In this document: positions 1 through 8,406 of the stretch, one piece after another
Layout: every line of letters starts with the position of its first letter
How positions within the stretch are numbered: position 1 is the stretch's first letter
Source of the DNA: Archangium sp.
GTDB lineage: Bacteria; Myxococcota; Myxococcia; Myxococcales; Myxococcaceae
Assembly (NCBI GenBank): GCA_031367385.1
Contig: JANLPS010000137.1
Location: 1 to 34,386 of the forward strand
Length of the DNA: 34,386 nt
Direction of reading: 5' to 3'
Notes under the pieces: generated by a model
Databases searched by the model: none
The model's input: the letters and a program-made list of their open reading frames with translations, nothing else
Told to the model about the DNA's origin: nothing
Made by a program: the position numbers and the translations under genes

Positions 1-1
1 G

Positions 2-853
2 ATCCCCCAGCCGGCGGCTCCGAGCGCGCCCCCGGCGACGGGTGGAGCGACGCCTCCTCCCGGCGGTTGGGCCAACACCGGTACGCCCTCGCGCAACCCG
101 GCGGCTGCTGCTGCCGCGGCGGCAGCAGGCAAAGGGGCTCCGACTCCGCAGACGCCCGCGGCCGTACTCGAACAGAAGTACCCGGCAGCGGTTCAGGCGC
201 TGAGCGCCCCGGTCGTCAGCGCGGCGCAAGTCGACTTCATTCGCGACTTCTTGGGTGAGATCAAAAAAGGCGACCCTGAAGTGGCGCGCACTCCGAAGTT
301 CCAAGATCTCTTGAACCGGCTCGACGACGCCGACAAGAAGATCGATGCCGGTCAGAAGAGTGTCGACTCGACGGTGCAGCAGATGGTGGCCAAGCTGAAG
401 ACCGGCGCGGTGAAGCCCGAAGAGGCGACCGCGATGTTTCAGTCGTTGAATAAGCTGGCGCCGATGATTCGCGATCAAGAAGCCACCTTCGGAGAGGTCG
501 TGCCGTTGCTCGAGAAGGCTGGCGGAACGCCACCCCAGCAGGCGCCCGAGGGGACCCCCCAAGCCGGGCCCGCTGGCAACCCCGCGAACGCGGCTCGAGC
601 GAGTGGCAACGTGCCCGCGGCGACCGCCACGGGAGCGCAACCTGATCAGGCCGCGATCGAAGCGCAGGCGATGAAGCTTCTGGAGACCATGCTCACCTCA
701 GAGAAGGTGCCGAGCGACCTTCGTGCCATGGTCAAGGAATCGCGCTTGCTGTCTAAGGCGGGCAAGCCTGACGAGGCGCAGGCGCTCTTCAACAAGGCGA
801 TGGACGACAAGCGAATGAAGGCCTTCATTCAAGAGTACGCAGCGCAGAGGTAA
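2..853 (+). CDS. Hypothetical protein, 5'-truncated; helical modules separated by Pro/Ala/Gly-rich linkers
   Basis: The frame of ORF 251..853 is open back to base 2 (IPQPAAPSAPPATGG...DFIRDFLGEIKKG), so the true start lies outside the window. Ends at TAA 853. C-terminal RLLSKAGKPDEAQALFNKAM is TPR-like. Confidence 0.75.
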   Translation: MPQPAAPSAPPATGGATPPPGGWANTGTPSRNPAAAAAAAAAGKGAPTPQTPAAVLEQKYPAAVQALSAPVVSAAQVDFIRDFLGEIKKGDPEVARTPKFQDLLNRLDDADKKIDAGQKSVDSTVQQMVAKLKTGAVKPEEATAMFQSLNKLAPMIRDQEATFGEVVPLLEKAGGTPPQQAPEGTPQAGPAGNPANAARASGNVPAATATGAQPDQAAIEAQAMKLLETMLTSEKVPSDLRAMVKESRLLSKAGKPDEAQALFNKAMDDKRMKAFIQEYAAQR

Positions 854-863
854 CGGCGCTCGG

Positions 864-2282
864 CTACACGCCGGCTCGATCGCGCTCATGCTGAGTCGGC
901 ATGAGCAGGTCACCGCCGGTCACTGCAGCGAGGGCCGGGTTCGCGACCGCCTTCGCTACCAGAATCTCAGCTGCGACGACCGACATCGCTGGGCGAACGA
1001 AGACGCGTACCAACGGTACGTTGCCCAGGAGCCGGGCGACTGAGAGCCCGACGAAGGCTCCGAAGTCGAGCTCGACGGCCTTGGCGGGCGAGAACATCGA
1101 CTGCGTGGTTCGAACCCAGAGCCAGGTCACGAGGCGTGGGCCCCACCAGCGAAACCCGGGCACTTTTTCGGTGACCCACATCCACCAGCGCAGAGGGGCA
1201 TTCGGGGGCGCGGTTCCCTCCCAGACCCAGGCGCGCGCGGTGCGAGCCGCCGAGAACACCGTCCACCAATAGAACGTCCACACGCCGGTGAGCACTGAGC
1301 TGAGCCACCCTGCCCCGGTGGCCGACGCCAGCAGCAGCACCGGCCCGGCAATCACGAACCCCGGTATCAACACCAGCACGCCGCGTATGCGTCGACGCAG
1401 CTTTCGGCGCAGCCACTGCCAATCGATGCGAACGCGAGGCTGGGCGTCGTCTTCTTCGGGCTCGATGCCCGCCAGCAGCGACAGCTCTCGCGAGGTGCGA
1501 TCTTGGTAGTCACGCGCGAGCGCGAGCACGACCCACTGAGCGGCGAAGATGGTCGAGACCAGCAGGGCCCAGAAGCGCTCCCACAAGGGCAGCTTCGCCT
1601 CTTCGTCGTCATCGTCGAGGTCTTCAGCAACCCTGGCTTCTTTGGTCTTCTGACGGGCGGCCTGCTTCTTCGCCTCGTCTCGAACCTGCTTCATCGCATC
1701 GCGTATCGCCCTCTTTTGCATGGGGTCGGTGACGTGCTTGCCGTCTTCGGCGAGCCCCTTCGCGGCCTCATCGAGCGCCGCAGCGAGCTCGGCCTCGGGT
1801 GGCCCGGGAGGTGCAGGAGGCGCCGTCGCGGGCTTGGAGCGGTCGGTTTGACGCAAGCGCTCAGCCGCCTCGTGCATCGCTGACTTCTGCTGCGGGTCAT
1901 CGGAGGCCTCGGCCTGTTCGTCGAGCTGGGCAGCGACGCGCTCGCGTATGGCGGCGGCTGGGCTCGCAGGGGCTTCGGAGGCCTCGTTTTCGGCGTCGGC
2001 CTCATCGGGGCTGGGGGGCACCTCAACCGGAGCGGCGACGGGCGGCGGCTGCGGCGGAGTGGGAAACGCACGCCGCGCTTTTTGCTCGATTCGTTTTTCG
2101 ACGAATTGTTGGCCCCGGTACGCGACCACAGCCCCGGTCAGCAGCACGGTGGCGAAGAGTTGAACGAACGCAGCCCGGAGCGCCCGCCGAAAGGCCGGTG
2201 GGTTGGCGCGGAGCCCGACGAGCAGCCGCAAGGGCCTCAAGAAACCCCACATGAACCGCTCGCCGAAGACCCGAAGGTTCAT
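864..2282 (-). CDS. Integral membrane protein, probably CysZ/EI24-like, with a ~170-aa hydrophilic insertion
   Basis: N-terminal amphipathic FMWGFLRPLRLL plus a TM, then a Pro/Ala/acidic insert, then TMs with ALARDYQDRTSRELS...WLRRKLRRRIRGVLVLIPG, which recalls the CysZ/EI24 core. The CDS is solid; the family call is inference. Confidence 0.6.
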   Translation of the reverse strand: MNLRVFGERFMWGFLRPLRLLVGLRANPPAFRRALRAAFVQLFATVLLTGAVVAYRGQQFVEKRIEQKARRAFPTPPQPPPVAAPVEVPPSPDEADAENEASEAPASPAAAIRERVAAQLDEQAEASDDPQQKSAMHEAAERLRQTDRSKPATAPPAPPGPPEAELAAALDEAAKGLAEDGKHVTDPMQKRAIRDAMKQVRDEAKKQAARQKTKEARVAEDLDDDDEEAKLPLWERFWALLVSTIFAAQWVVLALARDYQDRTSRELSLLAGIEPEEDDAQPRVRIDWQWLRRKLRRRIRGVLVLIPGFVIAGPVLLLASATGAGWLSSVLTGVWTFYWWTVFSAARTARAWVWEGTAPPNAPLRWWMWVTEKVPGFRWWGPRLVTWLWVRTTQSMFSPAKAVELDFGAFVGLSVARLLGNVPLVRVFVRPAMSVVAAEILVAKAVANPALAAVTGGDLLMPTQHERDRAGV

Positions 2283-2295
2283 TTGGGGTGTGAGG

Positions 2296-2934
2296 TCAGC
2301 CGACCTGCTCCGCGTAAGTCATGACCAGATACAGTACGGCTTCGCTGCCGCCGGCATTGCGATATTCGTGTGCTGAATCAGCCTCGAACAAGATCGCGTC
2401 ACCCGCCGAGAGCTTGTGGGTCTCACCGCCGGTCACAATCTCGACCGAGCCCTTCGAGACCACGAGGTTCTCAATGGTACCCGCGGCATGGGCCTCGGCC
2501 TGTTCGACCCCGTTGGGCTGCAGCCGAAGCTCGTAGAACTCGACCCGGCGCGGCTCATCGAAGGGGAAGAGGGCCCGCGAGCTGAAGCTGCCGTCGTGCG
2601 AGAGCAGGCGCTTGGCCTCACGCTCTCTGAGCACCTTGACGGCGTTCGACTGGCTGCTGCTGATCAGCGCCGAAAACGGCACGTCGAGCGCGCGAGCGAT
2701 CTTCCACAACACGTTGATGGTCGGAGCGCTCTGGCCAAGCTCGATCTGCCCGAGCATCGCGCGGCTGACCCCTGAGGCCCGGGCCAGCTTCTCGAGCGAC
2801 AACCCCCGTTCGGTGCGAAGGCGCCGAAGATTTTTGCCGACCGTCGGTGCCAGATCAGCCGATGGCGCCCCGGGGAGCTCAGGGGCGACTTCAACGGCTT
2901 CAGGCTTTGCTGCGGTGCTCTTCTTCGCGGCCAT
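2296..2934 (-). CDS. XRE-family HTH + cupin transcriptional regulator (SutR/PuuR-like)
   Basis: HTH_3 LRRLRTERGLSLEKLARASGVSRAMLGQIELGQSAPTINVLWKIA; cupin LFPFD...H..GTIE...H.YRN, the same pattern as E. coli SutR (YdcN). Confidence 0.92.
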   Translation of the reverse strand: MAAKKSTAAKPEAVEVAPELPGAPSADLAPTVGKNLRRLRTERGLSLEKLARASGVSRAMLGQIELGQSAPTINVLWKIARALDVPFSALISSSQSNAVKVLREREAKRLLSHDGSFSSRALFPFDEPRRVEFYELRLQPNGVEQAEAHAAGTIENLVVSKGSVEIVTGGETHKLSAGDAILFEADSAHEYRNAGGSEAVLYLVMTYAEQVG

Positions 2935-2969
2935 ACCGGCAGACTCTCGGTAAGGCCGCGCGGGGTCAA
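2935..2969 (-). promoter_or_regulatory. Putative sigma70 promoter with leaderless geometry for the XRE-cupin gene
   Basis: Minus strand reads TTGACC-N17-GAGTCT-N6-ATG(2934); no clear SD. Confidence 0.45.
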
Positions 2970-2985
2970 GAACTGTCGCTCTTGC

Positions 2986-4260
2986 TCAAAACTGGTGCGC
3001 TTCGGTCGACTCTTTGAGCGCAGTGGTGTTCGACGTGCCGCCAGAGATCACCTCGGCGACCGCGTCGAAGTACCCGGTGCCGACCTCACGCTGGTGGCGG
3101 GTGGCGGTGTAGCCGTGCTGCTCAGAGCTGAACTCGTCTTGCTGCATCTTGCTGTACGCGGTCATGCCCGACTCGCGGTACTGCGAGGCCAGCTCGAACA
3201 TCGAGAAGTTGAGCGCGTGAAAGCCGGCCAACGTGACGAACTGAAAGCGGTAACCCATCGCGCCGAGCTCGGTCTGAAACTTGGCGATGGTCGACTCGTC
3301 GAGGTTCTTCTTCCAGTTGAACGAGGGGGAGCAGTTGTACGCGAGCATCTTGTTCGGGTGCTCCTTGCGAATGGCCTCGGCGAAGCGCTTGGCCTGCTTC
3401 AAGTCAGGCGTGCTGGTCTCGCACCACACCAGGTCGGCGTACGGCGCGTAGGCGAGGCCGCGGGCGATGGCGAAGTCGTCTCCGTTGCCCTTGAGCCGGT
3501 AGAAGCCCTCGGCGGTGCGGTCTTTCGAGGCGATGAACGGCACGTCGCGCTCGTCGATGTCGCTGGTGATGAGCTTGGCGCTCTGCGCGTCGGTGCGAGC
3601 GACCAGAATGGTGGGCACGTCACACACATCGGCAGCGAGGCGGGCGGCGGTGAGTGTGCGAATGAACTGCGAGGTGGGGATGAGGACCTTGCCGCCCATG
3701 TGGCCGCACTTCTTTTCTGAAGCGAGCTGATCTTCGAAGTGAACGCCCGCGGCGCCCGACTCGATCATGCTCTTCATCAGCTCGTAGGCGTTGAGGGGGC
3801 CACCGAAGCCGGCCTCGGCGTCGGCGATCATCGGCACGAACCAGTGGCGCTCTTTCTTGCCCTCGGCGTGGTCGATCTGATCGGCGCGGCGGAGCGACGC
3901 GTTGATCTTCTTCACCAATTGCGGCACCGAGTCGACCGGGTACAGCGACTGGTCAGGGTACATCTGGCCCGACGAGTTCGCGTCGGCGGCGACTTGCCAG
4001 CCCGAGATGTACAACGCCTCGAGACCCGCGCGCACCATCTGCACGGCCTGGCCACCGCTCAACGCGCCGAGCGTGGGGATGTATTCGCGGGTGTTGAGCA
4101 GCTCCCAGAGGCGCATTGCACCGAGGCGAGCGAGGGTGTGCTCGATCTTGATCGACCCGCGCAGCCTCTCGACATCGGCCTTCGAGTACGGGCGGGTGAT
4201 GCCGTCAAAGCGACGGGCGTGCAAATCTCCAGCGGTGGCGTTGGCAGTGGCGGTGGTCAT
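2986..4260 (-). CDS. aceA: Isocitrate lyase
   Basis: Catalytic KKCGH motif, [56 protein letters not shown] upstream. Confidence 0.98.
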   Translation of the reverse strand: MTTATANATAGDLHARRFDGITRPYSKADVERLRGSIKIEHTLARLGAMRLWELLNTREYIPTLGALSGGQAVQMVRAGLEALYISGWQVAADANSSGQMYPDQSLYPVDSVPQLVKKINASLRRADQIDHAEGKKERHWFVPMIADAEAGFGGPLNAYELMKSMIESGAAGVHFEDQLASEKKCGHMGGKVLIPTSQFIRTLTAARLAADVCDVPTILVARTDAQSAKLITSDIDERDVPFIASKDRTAEGFYRLKGNGDDFAIARGLAYAPYADLVWCETSTPDLKQAKRFAEAIRKEHPNKMLAYNCSPSFNWKKNLDESTIAKFQTELGAMGYRFQFVTLAGFHALNFSMFELASQYRESGMTAYSKMQQDEFSSEQHGYTATRHQREVGTGYFDAVAEVISGGTSNTTALKESTEAHQF

Positions 4261-4298
4261 GAAAGAACTCCTTCTGAGTTGAGCTGCACGGGGTGGTT

Positions 4299-5807
<1,509 letters not shown>

Positions 5808-5840
5808 GAGACCTCCGGTGAATCGGTCAACGATGGCTGA

Positions 5841-5980
5841 ACGGCTAAAATAATATATAAGTACTCGTATTTATTCCGCATAACAAGCTGCGTTATGAGA
5901 TAATTTGGCTGTTCTTGTAAATCAAGAAAAGTTAATCGAGCAGGCTTTGTAAATACGAGCCCTTGACGCCGTTTACATCG
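5841..5980. promoter_or_regulatory. AT-rich divergent control region with nested inverted repeats and repeated TGTAAA motifs
   Basis: Hand count gives 32 G+C in 5841-5940. Inverted repeats: CTCGTATTTA(5864-5873)/TAAATACGAG(5950-5959); CATAAC-N7-GTTATG (5879-5897); TTCTTG-N5-CAAGAA (5912-5928). TTGTAAAT occurs at 5915 and 5947. Confidence 0.75.
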
Positions 5981-6048
5981 CTTTCGAAGCGGGCCCGGCC
6001 CCTGAAAATTTCGAGTTTGTGAACGCGCTGGCGAGTAGAACCGGCGCC

Positions 6049-6801
6049 GTGATCGACGAGCTCTCGCGCCGAGGCGTCTTGATGGCTGCGGCGGCGTTGG
6101 CGAAGGATTCTGCGAAGACCTTCGTGCTGGTGCCCGGTGCCTGGCATGGCGCCTGGGCCTGGAGAACGGTCGAGGCGCTGCTCCGAGCCCGAGGGCACCA
6201 GGTGTTCTCGCTGACGCTCACCGGGTTGGCCGAGCGCGCCCATCTGCTGACTGCCGCGGTCACGCTCGAGACCCACGTCATCGATGTTGCGCGGGTGATC
6301 GAAGTCGAAGACCTGCGTGACGTGGTCCTGGTCGGGCACTCGTACGCGGGGTTGGTGGTGACTCCGGCGGCGGCGCGGGTGGCGAAGCGGGTTCGCGAGT
6401 TGGTGTACCTCGACGCGTTCGTGCCCAAGCCCGGGCAGAGCATGCTCGACTTGATGAAGGCGAAGTACTCCGAGTCGTGGCGGGAGCGCGCGAAGGGTGG
6501 CCTGACGGTGCCGCCAATGCTGAGCGCGGTCGCGATGGGAGTGCCTGCCTCTGAGGCGGCCGCGATCGACGCGAAGCTGACGCCCCACCCGCTCGCGACG
6601 CTCGAAGACAAAGCGCAGTTCGATGAGCGTGCGCTCGTGCCGTTGGCCAAGCGGTACATTCGCTGCGGGGCCTACGCCGGGTTCAAGCCCTGGGCCGAGC
6701 GGGCCGCTTCGTGGGGGTGGCCGGTGGTGACGCTCGAGACCGGGCATGATGCGATGTTGACCGCTCCGCAGGCGTTGGCCGACGCGCTCACAGCTTCGTG
6801 A
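6049..6801 (+). CDS. Alpha/beta hydrolase (methylesterase/SABP2-like), possible Tat export
   Basis: FVLVPGAWHGAWAW, nucleophile elbow GHSYAG, LVYLDAFVP, C-terminal GHDAM. N-terminus SRRGVLMAAAALA. Start GTG 6049 chosen; 6019 is possible. Confidence 0.88.
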   Translation: MIDELSRRGVLMAAAALAKDSAKTFVLVPGAWHGAWAWRTVEALLRARGHQVFSLTLTGLAERAHLLTAAVTLETHVIDVARVIEVEDLRDVVLVGHSYAGLVVTPAAARVAKRVRELVYLDAFVPKPGQSMLDLMKAKYSESWRERAKGGLTVPPMLSAVAMGVPASEAAAIDAKLTPHPLATLEDKAQFDERALVPLAKRYIRCGAYAGFKPWAERAASWGWPVVTLETGHDAMLTAPQALADALTAS

Positions 6802-8077
6802 AGGTCATGTAGGTCATGCACATTTCGTCGAAGCTGCTCTCGCCCCACGCCACGTCGCGCGGCGTGTTCTGAACCCCGTTCAAGTACGCCTGGTTCTGCT
6901 GGCTGTTGTCGTAGGTGCAGGTGATTCGCAGCGAGTCGCCCGGCTTGACCGTGATCGGCGTCTTCAAGGTGTAGTCGCGCTGCCAGTTGAAGTCCCACTC
7001 CTCGACGTTGAGCAGGCACTGCGAGGTGCCGTCGGCGTGAACGATCTCTGACTTCACGCTGGTGCCGAGCTGATGCATGTGGCCCATCGCGCGGTAAATC
7101 GTGGCGCCCTGCGGGGCGTAGAACTTCGAAGGCAACGTGGCGACCTGCACCGACTTCGCGTCGTTGGCTTTGATGTTCAGGTTGTGATCGAGCATCGGCA
7201 GAATCGTCGCGGTGGTCAGCGAGCCGGTGGGCGCGAATTCGAGGGCGAGCTTCGACTGATCGGTGGTCTTGCCGCCGCGGTACAGGGCCGCGGTGTTGTA
7301 GTGAATTTGCATGATGATCTTCGCGCCGGCCTTGAGCACGAGCCCCGTGCCGCTGGGCATCTTGGTCGCGCTCGCGCCGGGCACCCAGCTGGCGACCTGG
7401 TTTTGAATGACCTTCGCCAAGCCCAGGTTGCCTTGCGAGCAGCCGTACCCGGAGCCCTGGTCGGCATCGTCGAGGTCTTGAATGGTCTTCACGTCGGCAG
7501 CGTCGACCGCGTACGCGAGCATGTGGTGAATCACCGGCACGTTGTCGGCCACGAGCTCGAAGCCGGCGACGAGTTGGTCACCGGTGTTCTGCGGGTCGAG
7601 CAAATAGCAGCGGTAATTGTCGGTCTTGCCTTCGATGCGAACGTCGTACGGGTCGCCGAAGCCCATCGTCACGTCGCGGCGAATCGTGGGCGGAGCGGGG
7701 ATGATCGCGTGAACGGACTCTTCGTCAGTGCCCTTCGGCGCGCCTCCGCCGACCCACTTCTTGAACAGCGCTTTCTCTTCGGCGCTGAAGCGCAAGTCAC
7801 CCTCGTAGCTGTTGCAGTCGGCGCTCGCGAAGAACGGGGGCATGCGCTTGTTGTCGATCGCGTCCCACATGGTGGCGGCCATCGGTTGCACGGCGGCGTA
7901 GCTGTCGAGGGCGAAGGGGGCGATGCCTCCGGTTTGATGGCAGCTGACGCACGAGCGCTCGACGAGGGGCTGCACGTCGCGGGTGTACGAGGTGGTCGCG
8001 ATGCCGCCGTCAGATGGAGTGCCAGGTGGGGAACAGGCCGCCAAGAACGTGAGAATCACTGAGTATTTCGAGCGCAT
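6788..8077 (-). CDS. Lipoprotein with c-type heme motif fused to a copper type II (PHM/DBM-like) monooxygenase domain
   Basis: Start reassigned to ATG 8077 (MRSKYSVILTFLAAC lipobox). CVSCH and RMPP; Cu ligands VIHHML, MQIHY, GHMH, DEMC; WDFNWQ. Overlaps the convergent hydrolase 3' end. Confidence 0.85.
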   Translation of the reverse strand: MRSKYSVILTFLAACSPPGTPSDGGIATTSYTRDVQPLVERSCVSCHQTGGIAPFALDSYAAVQPMAATMWDAIDNKRMPPFFASADCNSYEGDLRFSAEEKALFKKWVGGGAPKGTDEESVHAIIPAPPTIRRDVTMGFGDPYDVRIEGKTDNYRCYLLDPQNTGDQLVAGFELVADNVPVIHHMLAYAVDAADVKTIQDLDDADQGSGYGCSQGNLGLAKVIQNQVASWVPGASATKMPSGTGLVLKAGAKIIMQIHYNTAALYRGGKTTDQSKLALEFAPTGSLTTATILPMLDHNLNIKANDAKSVQVATLPSKFYAPQGATIYRAMGHMHQLGTSVKSEIVHADGTSQCLLNVEEWDFNWQRDYTLKTPITVKPGDSLRITCTYDNSQQNQAYLNGVQNTPRDVAWGESSFDEMCMTYMTFTKL

Positions 8078-8092
8078 GGGCGGTGAACCCAA

Positions 8093-8386
8093 GTGGCGCG
8101 AACAAGTTGCAACCCGGGCGGCTTCTTCGTGTTCGACGTCGCATCGGCTGATTCGAATCGTGGTGTTGCTGGGGCTGGCGTCGTCGTGCGCACGGTCGAG
8201 CACCTCGAGCCTGAGGCGAAGGCTGCGGTCGCGCAGCTCGGGTTCAAGAGCCACGGGTTGGTGATGCGGCGTGGTGGCGAGGTCGTGTTTCAGCAGCCCG
8301 ATCACCGGGTCGAGGTCGAGCAGGTTCGCCTGGCGTTGGAGCGCATGCTCGGGCATCCCCTCGAGCCGCTGGCAGTAAATCACTGA
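8093..8386 (+). CDS. Small hypothetical protein, possibly a partial thioredoxin-like fold; start uncertain
   Basis: Fills the gap between the divergent monooxygenase and helicase genes. C-terminal part VRTVEHLEPEAKAAVAQLGFKSHGLVMRRGGEVVFQQPDH...VRLALERML looks globular with GC3-rich codons. No CxxC. Confidence 0.45.
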   Translation: MARTSCNPGGFFVFDVASADSNRGVAGAGVVVRTVEHLEPEAKAAVAQLGFKSHGLVMRRGGEVVFQQPDHRVEVEQVRLALERMLGHPLEPLAVNH

Positions 8387-8406
8387 TGTACTAAGCGTCG
8401 GTCTCC

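Noticed and set aside
5862..5960. Resemblance to a purine riboswitch (ACTCGTA...GTAAAT...TACGAG)
   Set aside because: Lacks the conserved UUUCUAC junction and the L2 AUAUGG loop; spacing is too long and there are no purine genes nearby.
8084..8150. Possible selenocysteine UGA read-through for the small ORF
   Set aside because: The in-frame TGA at 8084 has no Cys-x-x context and sits beside the divergent gene's start; no SECIS was recognised.
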